Source: Chloroflexota bacterium
GTDB lineage: Bacteria > Chloroflexota > Dehalococcoidia > SM23-28-2 > JACOUE01
DNA: 64,000 bases
Direction of reading: 5' to 3'
Assembly: GCA_016178045.1 (NCBI GenBank)
Contig: JACOUE010000005.1
Location: 18,855-82,854, forward strand
Shown here: positions 9,116 to 18,736 of the stretch, piece after piece
How the letters are laid out: each line of letters opens with the position of its first letter
Position numbering within the stretch: position 1 is the first letter of the stretch
Program-made: the position numbers and the translations under genes
The notes under the pieces: generated by a model
Told to the model about the DNA's origin: nothing
The model's input: the letters and a program-made list of their open reading frames with translations, nothing else
Database searches by the model: none

Positions 9116-10266
9116 AAGGTTTCCCCCCTAGGCCGGCCAGCCGGCAATCACCAACACTCTTCGTCTGAACAAGGACGCGGATGCGCCCCAGCCCGGCCGG
9201 GTCGATGAGATCTGTGACCGCCCGCCGCCGGGCGTAGTACTCCTCCAGGCTGGGCCCGCCCTCCACCGGAGGGCGGAGCGCGTCGCTAATGCCGAGGTTC
9301 GAGAGGAACTCCGACTGCGTCACGAGGCCCGCCACCTCCAGCCCGGCCTCGCGGCCGGCGGCGATCAGGCTGGTGAAGTCCACGTGGCTGGTCAGGTCCT
9401 GCCGGCCGACGCGGGCGTAGGGGTCGCTGCCGGGGCTGTGGCGGTAGAAGGCCATGAGGGTGCCGTCGTGGCGCCAGGGAGCGTACAGCTCCACCGCCTC
9501 GTAGCCGTAGTCGAAAGTCACGACGAAGCCGCGGCGGAGGGCGCGTCCGGCGCGTCGCATCCAGTCGGGAGCCTGGAGGTTCACCTCGGCGGAGCAGCCC
9601 TCCCCGGGCCGGAGGCCGAGCCGCCGGAAGTACTCGTCAATCGCCGGGGTCGAGGGCTCGTCCGGCTCCTCGACGAAGCGGCCGCCGTCCCAGGAGACGT
9701 ATACCTCGAGCAGCCGCCCGCCCCGCGCCAGCACGCGGTGGACGGGGAAGCTATCGAAGAACTCGTTGCTGAGGAGGCAGCCGTCAACCGAGCCGGGGTC
9801 GAGCTCCCGCTGCCAGGCGACCTTATCGAGCGCGCCCTGGACGGCCCGCAGGGCCCGCCGCTGCTGCTCTACCATCTCCTCGCTGACCTCGACGATGCGG
9901 TAGGCGAGGGTGTCGAAGAAGGGCGGGGCGCTCCGCTGCGCCCAGGCGAGGATGTCGCGGCAGAGGGCGCCTGTCCCCGCCCCCAGCTCCACCAGGTCGA
10001 AGGCCGCCGGGCGACCCATCGCGCCCCACACCTCGTGGAGCTGCCGCCCGAAGAGGGCCCCGAAGATGGGGCTGACCTCGGGGCTGGTGAGGTAGTCGCC
10101 CTCCCGGCCGATCTTGTCGCGGCGGGAGGAGTAGTAGCCGTGGAGGGGGTGGTAGAGGGCCAGCTCCATGAAGTCGCGGAAGGTGATGCGGCCCCCGGTC
10201 TGGATGCGGGCGGCGACGAGGTCTTTAAGGGCCTGGTCCTCGGTGACGGCGGCGAACTCGCTCACA
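9084..10266 (-). CDS. SAM-dependent methyltransferase, MidA/NDUFAF7 (DUF185) family
   Basis: ORF 9084-10412. The conserved part begins around GTG 10266 (VSEFAAVTEDQALKDLVAARIQTGGRITFRDFMELALYHPLHGYY...), so the start is uncertain. Its end overlaps the bcp start by 32 nt. Confidence 0.7.
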
Positions 10267-10334
10267 ACATGCCATGTTAGCCTACGTATCAAATTTGCGC
10301 CAATGCCGTTGTTGCTCCCTCCCCCGGGGTCGGG

Positions 10335-10356
10335 TAAAATGTTCGCATCAAGCGAA
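10335..10356 (+). promoter_or_regulatory. -10 (TAAAAT) plus inverted repeat ttcgcATCAAgcgaa, candidate MarR operator/promoter
   Basis: TAAAAT at 10335-10340 and the palindrome at 10342-10356 sit immediately upstream of the marR ATG at 10365, giving a short or absent leader. Confidence 0.4.
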
Positions 10357-10364
10357 ATATTTCC

Positions 10365-10844
10365 ATGGCGACAAGTAACCGCAACAACGGACTGGTGGAA
10401 GAGGCGTTCCACCTCCTGGTGCGCACCATCACCAGGACGGACCCCAGCCGTTTGGAAGAGTGGGTGGGCCTGGGCCTGACCATGACCCAGATCCGCCTGC
10501 TGTTCGTCCTCCGCCTTCAGGAGGGGGCGAACGCTCGCCTCCTGGCCGACCTGCTAAACGTGGCGCCGCCCACTTTCACCCGCATCGTGGACCGATTGGT
10601 GCGGAACGACTTGGTGCGGCGGGAAGTCGACCCAAGGGACCGCCGGCACGTGCTGCACTTCCTGACGGAGAACGGCCGGGAGACGGTCGCGGAGATGGAG
10701 CGCGTGGGCCGGGCTAGGATCGAGCGCGTCCTCTCCCACCTGTCCGAGGAGCAGCTGGAGCGGCTGGTGCTGGCGCTGAACGATCTTTTCACCGCCACAG
10801 AGGCGGTTGAGGTCGAGGAGCGCCCGGCCGGGGTGAGGGTCTAG
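10365..10844 (+). CDS. MarR family transcriptional regulator
   Basis: 159 aa with a winged-helix MarR pattern ([12 protein letters not shown]...[25 protein letters not shown]). Confidence 0.85.
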   Translation: MATSNRNNGLVEEAFHLLVRTITRTDPSRLEEWVGLGLTMTQIRLLFVLRLQEGANARLLADLLNVAPPTFTRIVDRLVRNDLVRREVDPRDRRHVLHFLTENGRETVAEMERVGRARIERVLSHLSEEQLERLVLALNDLFTATEAVEVEERPAGVRV

Positions 10845-10845
10845 C

Positions 10846-12660
10846 ATGGCGGCTCCCGTCCCTGCCAACGTCGAGAGCTTCTCCCAGATGAGCGACCGCA
10901 CCCGCTTCGTGGTGGTGGCGGGGACTCTGCTGGGCCTGTTCACGGCGGCGATGGACCAGACGGTGGTGAGCACGTCGCTGCCGCGGATCGTCGCCAGCCT
11001 CGGTGGCCTGGGGCTCTTCCCCTGGATATTCACCGCGTTCATGGTCACATCGACGACGACGGTGCCGGTAGTGGGCAAGCTGACCGACATCTACGGGCGC
11101 AAGCCCTTCTACATGGCTGGCATCGCCATCCTGCTGCTGGGCTCCGCCCTGGCTGGCTCCTCCACAACGATGGAGCAGCTGATCGCCTACCGGGCAGTGC
11201 AGGGGCTGGGGGCGGGGATGATCATGGGGATCGCCTTCGCCATCGTGGGGGATGTCTTCCCCCCGGCCGAGCGGGGAAAGTACAGCGGTCTGTTCGGGGC
11301 CACTTTCGCCTCGGCCAGCGTCCTCGGCCCTCTGATCGGCGGCGGGTTGACGGACCACGTCCACTGGCGCTGGATCTTCTACGTCAACCTACCGCTGGGC
11401 GGGCTGGCGTTGGCGGTGCTGGCCCTGGGGATGCCGAGCATCCGGCCGCCCCGGGCGAACAAGCCGCTGGACGGAGTAGGCATCGCCCTGCTGGCGGCAG
11501 CCGTTGTGCCGCTGTTGCTGGCTCTGGCCTGGGCCGACAGCAAGTTCGACTGGGGCTCGCCGCAGATAGTAGGGCTGTTCACGTTCGCGGCGGCGGTCAC
11601 CGTCATCTTCGTGTACGTGGAGCAGCGGGCCGTTGAGCCGGTGCTGCCGCCCTCGCTCTTCCGTTCGACGATATTCAACGTCTCGACCGGGGTGACGTTC
11701 CTGACGGGCATGGGAATGTTCGGGGCCATAGCGTTCATTCCGCTCTTCGTGCAGGGTGTTACCGGTGCCTCGGCCACGAACTCCGGGATCATAACCATGC
11801 CCATGATGATCGCCATGGCGATCGCGAGCGCCATCTCCGGGCAGATCATGTCTCGCCTGGGCCGGTACAGATTCCTCGGCATCATAGGGCTGTCCGTGAT
11901 GGTGGCGGGCATGTTCCTGCTCTCGCAGATGGACGTGGAGACGACCCGCTTCATGGTCACCCGCAACATGGTTATCCTCGGAATCGGCCTGGGGACGAGC
12001 ATCCCCCTGTTCATGCTGGCGGTGCAAAACTCCGTTCCCCATCAACAGATGGGGATCGCGACGTCCACCATCCAGTTCTTCCGCTCGGTGGGAGGCACGA
12101 TGGGCGTGGCCATAATCGGGTCCCGGATGAACGCTGGCTTCCACGAGCAGTTGGCGTCGAACACGCCGGCGCAGGTAAGGGACAGCGTCCCGCCGGCCCT
12201 GCTGAAGCAGCTTGAGGACCCGCAGTTCCTCCTGAGCGGGGATGCCTTCGTCAGGCTGCGAGAAGCCTTCGCGGGACTGGGGAGCCAGGGGCCGGAGCTG
12301 TTTGACCTGGTCACCGTGGCCGTGAAGACATCCCTGGCCACAGCGATCTCGGACGCTTTCCTTATCGCCTTCTTCATCACGATCGCTGCTCTGGTGGTCG
12401 GCGTGTTCCTGAAGGACATACCGCTGCGCCGCCTGCACGTGCCGGAAGCCCCGCCGCCGACCCCCTCGCCGGCGGCGGCGCCATCGTTGCCGGGCTCCAT
12501 CTCCGACGGCCCGGTATCGGCTTCCCCGAAAGCACCGCCCTCGCCCGCGCCCTGGTGGCGGACGCTGGCGAGGCCGGCGCTGGCCACGGGAGCGCTCGCG
12601 CTGGCGGTATCGGCCGTCGCTTTCTGGCTACGGCGCAATCACCGCCTGCCGCTCGACTAG
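10846..12660 (+). CDS. MFS transporter, DHA2/EmrB-QacA family (14 TMS) with Pro/Ala-rich C-terminal tail
   Basis: 604 aa; [13 protein letters not shown] and [10 protein letters not shown] are MFS signatures. Translationally coupled to marR. Confidence 0.85.
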   Translation: MAAPVPANVESFSQMSDRTRFVVVAGTLLGLFTAAMDQTVVSTSLPRIVASLGGLGLFPWIFTAFMVTSTTTVPVVGKLTDIYGRKPFYMAGIAILLLGSALAGSSTTMEQLIAYRAVQGLGAGMIMGIAFAIVGDVFPPAERGKYSGLFGATFASASVLGPLIGGGLTDHVHWRWIFYVNLPLGGLALAVLALGMPSIRPPRANKPLDGVGIALLAAAVVPLLLALAWADSKFDWGSPQIVGLFTFAAAVTVIFVYVEQRAVEPVLPPSLFRSTIFNVSTGVTFLTGMGMFGAIAFIPLFVQGVTGASATNSGIITMPMMIAMAIASAISGQIMSRLGRYRFLGIIGLSVMVAGMFLLSQMDVETTRFMVTRNMVILGIGLGTSIPLFMLAVQNSVPHQQMGIATSTIQFFRSVGGTMGVAIIGSRMNAGFHEQLASNTPAQVRDSVPPALLKQLEDPQFLLSGDAFVRLREAFAGLGSQGPELFDLVTVAVKTSLATAISDAFLIAFFITIAALVVGVFLKDIPLRRLHVPEAPPPTPSPAAAPSLPGSISDGPVSASPKAPPSPAPWWRTLARPALATGALALAVSAVAFWLRRNHRLPLD

Positions 12661-12686
12661 CCAATAGCTTGCCGCTGCCGTAACAC

Positions 12687-13538
12687 GTGACTTATCATCC
12701 CCTTGTGATCGCTCGGGCCGGATTCGGGGCGTTCTGGTGTCTGGTCTTGCTGGCGGCGTCCGGTTGCGGCGGCGGCGCGAGCGAGGTAGTGCTGGCCACC
12801 ACGACCAGCACCCAGGACAGCGGCCTACTAGACGTGCTAACGCCTCTCTTCGAGGAGGCGAGCGGGTACGACCTCAAGCCGGTGGCCGTAGGGTCCGGGC
12901 AGGCGATGCTACTGGGGGAGGAGGGGGAGGCGGACGTGTTGCTGGTGCACTCGCCGGCGGAGGAGGCGGAGTTCATGGCGGCGGGCCATGGGATCGACCG
13001 CCGGGCCGTCATGCACAACGACTTCGTCATCGTCGGCCCAGCCGGCGATCCGGCCGGGCTGGCGGGCGCTGGCTCGGCCGCGGACGCCTTCCGCCGCATC
13101 GCCCGGGCCGGCGCGACGTTTTTCAGCCGCGGGGATGAGTCGGGTACGCATGTGCGGGAGAAGGAGTTGTGGGAGGAAGCGGGGCTCGCCCCGTTCGACC
13201 AGGGCTGGTACGAGGAGACGGGGCAGGGGATGGGCCAGACGCTGTTCATCGCCAACGACAGGCAGGCGTACACGCTGACCGATAGGGGGACGTACCTGGC
13301 CCTGGCGGAGAGTCTCGACCTGGAAGTGCTCTTGTAAGGGGACCCTAAACTGCTGAACGTCTACCACGTTATCGTCGTCAACCCCAACAAGGGCAACATC
13401 AACCTCGAGGGGGCGCGCGCCTTCGCCGAATTCATCACCTCAGTGGAGACCCAGGAGGTGATCCGAACGTTCGGCGTGGAGGCCTACGGGCAGCCGCTAT
13501 TCGTCCCGGACGCGCTGACGCAGGAAACCGAGCCTTAG
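12687..13538 (+). pseudogene. tupA: tungstate/molybdate ABC substrate-binding protein (TupA/WtpA-like) with in-frame TAA at 13335-13337
   Basis: The ORF stops at TAA 13335 (...LDLEVLL*), but the same frame continues GDPKLLNVYHVIVVNPNKGNINLEGARAFAEFITSVETQEVIRTFGVEAYGQPLFVPDALTQETEP* to TAG 13536, which is the canonical TupA C-terminus. The likely cause is GAA to TAA. There is a lipoprotein signal LLAASGC. An alternative start is GTG 12705, 7 nt after a TATCAT -10. Confidence 0.7.
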
Positions 13539-13549
13539 GAGGATGCGCG

Positions 13550-14248
13550 ATGGAGCTCATAGGCGAGGGGATACGCGAGGCTTTTCGCCTTATCTTCACC
13601 GGCGATGGCCAGGTGTATGCCATCGCGGCGCGGTCGCTGGCTGTCTCCGGGGTGGCGACGGCCATCGGCCTGACGATAGGGTCGCTGCTGGGCCTGGTGC
13701 TGGGGACGCGCAGCTTCGTCGGGCGCAACCTGGTGCTGAGCCTAGTAAACACGGGGATGGCCCTGCCGCCGGTGGTAGTGGGCCTCTTCGTGTTCATGGT
13801 GCTGGTGCGCGACGGCCCGCTGGGCCGGCTGCACCTGCTGTTCACCCCCGCGGCGATGGTGCTCGCTCAGGCGATAATTGTGACGCCGATCGTGACCGCC
13901 CTGACGGCCGCGGCCATCCAGGGGCTCCACCCCAGGCTGCGGCTTCAGATCCTGGCGCTGGGAGCGTCCCGCTGGCAGTGGGCGTGGCTCATGTTCAAGG
14001 AGGCGCGGCTGCCCCTGCTGGCGGCGGTGATGCTGGGGTTCGGCGCCGCCATCCACGAGGTGGGCGCATCTCTTATGGTGGGCGGCAATATCAAGGACGA
14101 GACCAGGGTCCTCACCACGGCCACGGTGCTCGAGACGCAGAAGGGCAATTTCGAGACGGCGATCGCGCTCTCGGTGATCCTCCTGCTGGTCATGTATGCC
14201 GTGAACCTGGCCCTGACCCTGATCCAGCAGCGGAGGCGGCCCCTTTGA
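13550..14248 (+). CDS. tupB: ABC transporter permease (TupB-like)
   Basis: 232 aa polytopic protein following tupA; RBS GGAGGA precedes it. Confidence 0.85.
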   Translation: MELIGEGIREAFRLIFTGDGQVYAIAARSLAVSGVATAIGLTIGSLLGLVLGTRSFVGRNLVLSLVNTGMALPPVVVGLFVFMVLVRDGPLGRLHLLFTPAAMVLAQAIIVTPIVTALTAAAIQGLHPRLRLQILALGASRWQWAWLMFKEARLPLLAAVMLGFGAAIHEVGASLMVGGNIKDETRVLTTATVLETQKGNFETAIALSVILLLVMYAVNLALTLIQQRRRPL

Positions 14249-15339
14249 GCGAAGTCAAGCTGGCGGCCGTGGACGTCCGGCTGGTGCGGGGAAGCCGCAG
14301 CGTGCTGGACGTGCCGCGGCTCGACGTCCACCGCGGCGAGGTACTGGCCGTCGTCGGGCCGAACGGCGCCGGCAAGAGCTCGCTCCTGAACGTGCTGGCC
14401 CTGCTGGAGAAGCCGAGCCAGGGTCGGGTGGTCTTCGACGGCGAGCCCGTAGCCGGCGACCCGCTGTCGTACCGGAGGCGGATGGCCGTGGTGTTCCAGG
14501 AGCCGCTGCTCCTGGACACGACGGTCGAGGCCAACGTTCGCTCCGGCCTCGCCCTGCGGGGCGTGCCCCGCGACGAGCAGGAGCGGCGGATGGAGCACTG
14601 GCTCCGGCGCTTCGGCATCCAGCACCTGAGGCGGCGGTCGGCCTATTTGATCTCGGGCGGCGAGGCCCAGCGGACGAGCCTGGCGCGGGCGCTGGTGCTG
14701 GAGCCGGAGGTGCTGCTTCTCGACGAGCCGTTCGGGGGCCTGGACGCCCCGGCGCGCCAATCGCTCCTGGACGACCTGGAGGCGGCGCTGCGGGAGACGG
14801 GGACGACGACGGTCTTCGTCACCCACGACCGGGGCGAGGCGCTGCGGCTGGGCCGGCGGGTGGCGGTGATGATGGACGGCCGCATCCGCCAGGTGTGTCC
14901 GACGGAGGAGGTGTTCGCCTCGCCGGTGGACGAGGAGGTGGCGGCGTTCGTGGGCGTGGAGACGATAGTGCCCGGCCTGATGCGTACACAGGAGGGAGGG
15001 CTGGCCGTCATCGAGGTGACCGGCCGGTCGATCGAGGCCGTCGCCGACTCTTCGGTGCGGGGCGAGGTGTTGGTCTGCCTGCGGCCGGAGGACGTGGTCC
15101 TCGCGCCCGGCTCCGACAGTGCCTCACCGACGAGCGCGCGCAACCGGTTACGGGCGAAGGTACGCCGCATCGTTCCGGTGGGGCCGCAGGTGCGGGTGGA
15201 GCTGGACTGCGGCTTTCACTTGGTCGCCCTGATCACGAAACAGTCGCTGGAGGACCTATCCCTGCGCCCCGGCGATGAGGTCGTGGCCTCGTTCAAGGCC
15301 ACGGCGGTGCACGTTATCCCGCGCCGCGGCGGCTCCTGA
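14245..15339 (+). CDS. tupC: ABC transporter ATP-binding protein with C-terminal TOBE domain (TupC/ModC-like)
   Basis: TTG start overlaps the tupB stop. Walker A GPNGAGKSS, the LSGGEAQR signature, and a TOBE tail are present. Confidence 0.85.
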   Translation: MSEVKLAAVDVRLVRGSRSVLDVPRLDVHRGEVLAVVGPNGAGKSSLLNVLALLEKPSQGRVVFDGEPVAGDPLSYRRRMAVVFQEPLLLDTTVEANVRSGLALRGVPRDEQERRMEHWLRRFGIQHLRRRSAYLISGGEAQRTSLARALVLEPEVLLLDEPFGGLDAPARQSLLDDLEAALRETGTTTVFVTHDRGEALRLGRRVAVMMDGRIRQVCPTEEVFASPVDEEVAAFVGVETIVPGLMRTQEGGLAVIEVTGRSIEAVADSSVRGEVLVCLRPEDVVLAPGSDSASPTSARNRLRAKVRRIVPVGPQVRVELDCGFHLVALITKQSLEDLSLRPGDEVVASFKATAVHVIPRRGGS

Positions 15340-16069
15340 CAGCCCTCTCCGGCCTCAGGGAAGCGAGCAGCGAAAGGCTGTTGCTGGTGATCCCGTCGGC
15401 CCCCAGGGAGAGGACGCGCGCCGCCTCTTCGGGGTCGTCCACGGTCCAGCAGTGGTAATCGATGCCGTGCTCCGTCAGCAGTCGGGCGCGCTCTTTGTCC
15501 AGAAGGCGGTGGTAGAGGCAGATGGCGCCGGTGGCGCGGCCCCGCTCCAGGCAGCGGAGGAAGGCGTCCCACTGGTAAGCTTGCTCCACCGTGTACTCGA
15601 CGCGCAGGTGGGGGGCGATATCGCGTATGGTATCCAGCAGAGACCAGTTCTGGCCGCAGATACGGGCGTCCGCCTCGAACTCGTACTCCGGCAAGAGCCG
15701 CGCCAACAGGTTGGCGAAAGCGGCATGGTCACGGGTCCGGTAACGGCCCTTGGTGTCGAGCATGAGGCCGCGCCTGCCCTTGGCTTTGGCCAGGAGCTCC
15801 TCCAGGCGGACGGGCCAAAGGTCGAGGCGGGTGTACCAGCGGGAGCCCAGGGGGAAGGCCCAGGGGCCGTGGTAGCTCCCGTCCCGGGCGCGGCTGTCCA
15901 GAAGGATGGGGAGGAAGCCGGCGCGGCGCTCGTGGCGGAGCTCGATGGCACCGGAGCGGTACCAGATATCCGCCTCGACCAGGTCCACCGGGCCCACCAG
16001 CGCCTCTTCCAGCCGCTCGCGGTGGTTGCCGTAGGCGTGGGCAATGCGGAGGACCGGCCGCTGCGTCAT
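15314..16069 (-). CDS. glycerophosphodiester phosphodiesterase family protein
   Basis: Conserved part of ORF 15314-16210 starts at ATG 16069 (MTQRPVLRIAHAYGNHRERLEEA...), carrying the GDPD HR..E motifs. Confidence 0.7.
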   Translation of the reverse strand: MTQRPVLRIAHAYGNHRERLEEALVGPVDLVEADIWYRSGAIELRHERRAGFLPILLDSRARDGSYHGPWAFPLGSRWYTRLDLWPVRLEELLAKAKGRRGLMLDTKGRYRTRDHAAFANLLARLLPEYEFEADARICGQNWSLLDTIRDIAPHLRVEYTVEQAYQWDAFLRCLERGRATGAICLYHRLLDKERARLLTEHGIDYHCWTVDDPEEAARVLSLGADGITSNSLSLLASLRPERAVRSRRGAG

Positions 16070-16938
16070 CGCTTGATGTAGTCGATGCCGTCGGCGAGCC
16101 GTTTCGGACGGAAGCCGAACTGGCTCTCGACAGAGTCGATGGCGGTGACGTTGTCGATCCGCAGCATCTTCAGCTGCTCGCTGGTCACCATGGGCCGGGG
16201 TAGGACCCACTCCATCAGCTGGACGACAGGCCGCATCGCGAAGAGGGGCACGTGCACCCGGAGACGGTGGACGCCGAGGACGTCCTGCACGACTTCGATC
16301 ATCTGGTCGTAGGAGAGGTGCTCGGGCCCGCCGATCTCGAGCACTTCGCCGTCGTGGGCGCTCTCCAGGCAGGCGAGGAGGCAGGTGACCATGTCCTCGA
16401 TCCAGATGGGCTGGAACATGGCGCGGCCGTTCCCGGCGATGGGGACGACGGGGTTACGCACGAGCCCGGCGAGGGTGGTGATGAACTCGTCGCCCTCGCC
16501 GAAGACGACGGAGGGGCGCAGGACAGTGTAGCTCGGGCCGTTGTTGATGACCGCCTGCTCCGCCCGCCACTTGGCATAGAGGTAGGAAAAACGGGGGTCG
16601 TCGCGGGCGCCGAGGGCGCTCTGGTAGACGAACTTCTTGACCCCTGCGGCCTTGGCCGCGCTCACTGTGTTCTCGGTGCCTTGTTGGATCACCCTGTCGA
16701 AGGTCTGGTCGCCGGCCTCGCGGATGATCGCCACCAGGTGGACGACCCTGTCGACGCCGTACATGGCCTGGGCCAGACCCTCGCCGCCGGCGACGTCACC
16801 CGTGGTTACCTCTACCTCATCCGGGAGCTGGGCGGCGCGAACGCCTCTGGCGAGGACGCGCACCTTCTCCCCCTTCTCCAGCAGCCGGTGGACGACGCGC
16901 CTGCCGATGTACCCGGTGCCGCCGGTGACCAGGATCAT
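16066..16938 (-). CDS. NAD(P)-binding SDR (NmrA/NDUFA9-like epimerase/dehydratase family)
   Basis: 290 aa with N-terminal MILVTGGTGYIGRRVV. ATGA overlap with the GDPD gene. Confidence 0.8.
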   Translation of the reverse strand: MILVTGGTGYIGRRVVHRLLEKGEKVRVLARGVRAAQLPDEVEVTTGDVAGGEGLAQAMYGVDRVVHLVAIIREAGDQTFDRVIQQGTENTVSAAKAAGVKKFVYQSALGARDDPRFSYLYAKWRAEQAVINNGPSYTVLRPSVVFGEGDEFITTLAGLVRNPVVPIAGNGRAMFQPIWIEDMVTCLLACLESAHDGEVLEIGGPEHLSYDQMIEVVQDVLGVHRLRVHVPLFAMRPVVQLMEWVLPRPMVTSEQLKMLRIDNVTAIDSVESQFGFRPKRLADGIDYIKR

Positions 16939-17795
16939 GCCTCGGCGACGCCTCCGTCTGACAGCGTTTCCATCGTCTTCAGCCGCTCCACCGCCTGCCC
17001 GACGCGGTCTGCGTCACGGGCGTCGGCGTTGAAGCGCAGGTACGTCTCCAGGTCGGCGAGGGCATCGTCGTAGGCGCCGAGCTTGTAGTGCAGCAGGCCG
17101 CGGTCGCGCACTTCGTCCAGGTCCCAGGGGGCGATGGCCAGCAGGGTCTCGACGGCGGCCAGGGCGCGGGGGTGGTCCTTCTGCCGCAGATAGGCCCCTT
17201 TCACGTTGTTGACCAGCCGCAGGAGCAGCTGGCGCTTGGTGACCGGCGAGAGGTGGAAGGGGCGGAAGGCGGAGGGATTGCCGGTGGCCCCCGCCACCCG
17301 CGCCCGGCAGTCCTCGACGCTGAGGATGACCCCCTGGTGGAAGGGGTCGATGAGGATGTCGCCCTCGGCGGGGTCGCGGTGCTTGACGATGAAGTGGCCG
17401 GGGAGGCCCACGCCGGCGACGGGGAACTCGAGGCGGCGGGCGACCTCGATGTACACGAGGGAGAGCGTGATGGGGACGCCGAGCCGCCGGTCCAGGACTT
17501 CGTTCAGGTAGCTGTTGCGGGGGTCGTAGTAGTGCTTGCGGTTGCCGCGGAACTTCAGCTCTGCGAAGAGGCACTGGTTGATGATGCCGATGGTCTGGTA
17601 GGGACCGGCATTGGGCGGCAGCTCTTGGCGGGCCTGCTCCGAGATGACGTCCAGCTTCCGCACGTAGGCGTCGATGTCCAGGCCCGGGTACTCCTGGCAG
17701 GCCACCAGCAGGGCCGCCCTGGCCAGGTCGATGGCCTCTTCGGGGCGGCGGACCTCGTCCGTCAGGGCCTCGTGATGCCAGCGGAACGTCGTCAT
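16935..17795 (-). CDS. transglutaminase-like/TPR protein (SirB1/YchA family)
   Basis: 286 aa; an N-terminal transglutaminase-like fold plus a C-terminal TPR, with the UPF0162 pattern. Confidence 0.6.
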   Translation of the reverse strand: MTTFRWHHEALTDEVRRPEEAIDLARAALLVACQEYPGLDIDAYVRKLDVISEQARQELPPNAGPYQTIGIINQCLFAELKFRGNRKHYYDPRNSYLNEVLDRRLGVPITLSLVYIEVARRLEFPVAGVGLPGHFIVKHRDPAEGDILIDPFHQGVILSVEDCRARVAGATGNPSAFRPFHLSPVTKRQLLLRLVNNVKGAYLRQKDHPRALAAVETLLAIAPWDLDEVRDRGLLHYKLGAYDDALADLETYLRFNADARDADRVGQAVERLKTMETLSDGGVAEA

Positions 17796-18253
17796 CCCTT
17801 GGCCGTCGCCTCTCTTCCCGTCGAATGGAGGGCTTCGACGCGTTCGGCCGTTTCGGTTAGGCGGCCTGCGGCCATCTGGAGGACCTGCCGGAGCGTGAAG
17901 GCGCCCCGCTCCTCGTGGGCGGCCGTGCGCTCCAGGTCTGCGTTGGTGAGGTCGTGCAGGAGGTTGGTCAGGCGGCGGTAGACGACCTGGAGGGCCATGG
18001 ACGCCTCACGGACGGAGAAGAACTGGGCGTCCGTGATGCAGGACGGCGGCGGAAGGCCGCGGGCCCGCGCCAGGAGACGGTTGAAGAAGAAGCTGATTTC
18101 GTCGGAGGCGTGTTCCAGGAGGCGGCGGATCGAGTCGCCGCGAGGCGGCTGCCGCTCGAACTCCTCGTCGCTGACCCGGGCGATGGCTTCGATCAAGCGC
18201 TGCTTCCCTTCCTCGATCCTGCGGAGGAGCCCTTCCAGCTCGTCTTCGCTCAC
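17792..18253 (-). CDS. DinB_2-like four-helix-bundle hypothetical protein
   Basis: 153 aa, non-repetitive, in an operon context; weak family call. Confidence 0.4.
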   Translation of the reverse strand: MSEDELEGLLRRIEEGKQRLIEAIARVSDEEFERQPPRGDSIRRLLEHASDEISFFFNRLLARARGLPPPSCITDAQFFSVREASMALQVVYRRLTNLLHDLTNADLERTAAHEERGAFTLRQVLQMAAGRLTETAERVEALHSTGREATAKG

Positions 18254-18660
18254 TGCTCATCCTCGCCCAGGGGCTCGCGCCCGGCGAAGCCCGCCTCGAG
18301 GTCGTGCCACCAGCGGATGCGGTCCTCGCCCAGCTTCCAGCAGAGGTAGACCCGGCGCCCCTGCCTGACGGTCGGGAAGTCCACCAGCCCCTGGTCGACG
18401 TCCTTGAGCTCGCAGCCGAGCTCGTTGACCTTGCGGGCGAGGTCCGTCACCTCGTTGGCCGCCTGCTCGGCCTCGTGACGGGTCGTGTTGTACTGCTCTT
18501 CGTAGATGTTGCCGTTCCCGGACATCTTGGCGGCGAACTCCGCTAGCCTCTGCTGGAGGGTGTCGAGGGCGCGTTTCTTGTCCTGGAGCTGGGGCAGCAG
18601 CTCGCTGAGCCGGGTCAGGAGGACGTTGGCTTCTTCAAGGGTGAATTGCCGGGACGCCAT
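18250..18660 (-). CDS. DUF2203 family protein
   Basis: 136 aa; MASRQFTLEEANVLL... is the DUF2203 N-terminus. Confidence 0.7.
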   Translation of the reverse strand: MASRQFTLEEANVLLTRLSELLPQLQDKKRALDTLQQRLAEFAAKMSGNGNIYEEQYNTTRHEAEQAANEVTDLARKVNELGCELKDVDQGLVDFPTVRQGRRVYLCWKLGEDRIRWWHDLEAGFAGREPLGEDEQ

Positions 18661-18716
18661 AGCGCCTCCGATTAAGTGTATCAGAAAAAGGCCAGACTCT
18701 CACGAGCGCGTTTGCC

Positions 18717-18727
18717 GGTGCTATACT
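18717..18727 (+). promoter_or_regulatory. extended -10 element gGTGcTATACT, leaderless promoter of the kinase gene
   Basis: TATACT at 18722-18727 is 10 nt before the ATG at 18737, with no SD. Confidence 0.5.
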
Positions 18728-18736
18728 GCCTTCGGC

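Noticed and set aside
13335-13337. TAA in tupA as programmed readthrough or Sec/Pyl
   Set aside because: TAA is not a Sec (UGA) or Pyl (UAG) codon, and the position is a non-conserved linker Glu. Nonsense mutation or error is more likely.
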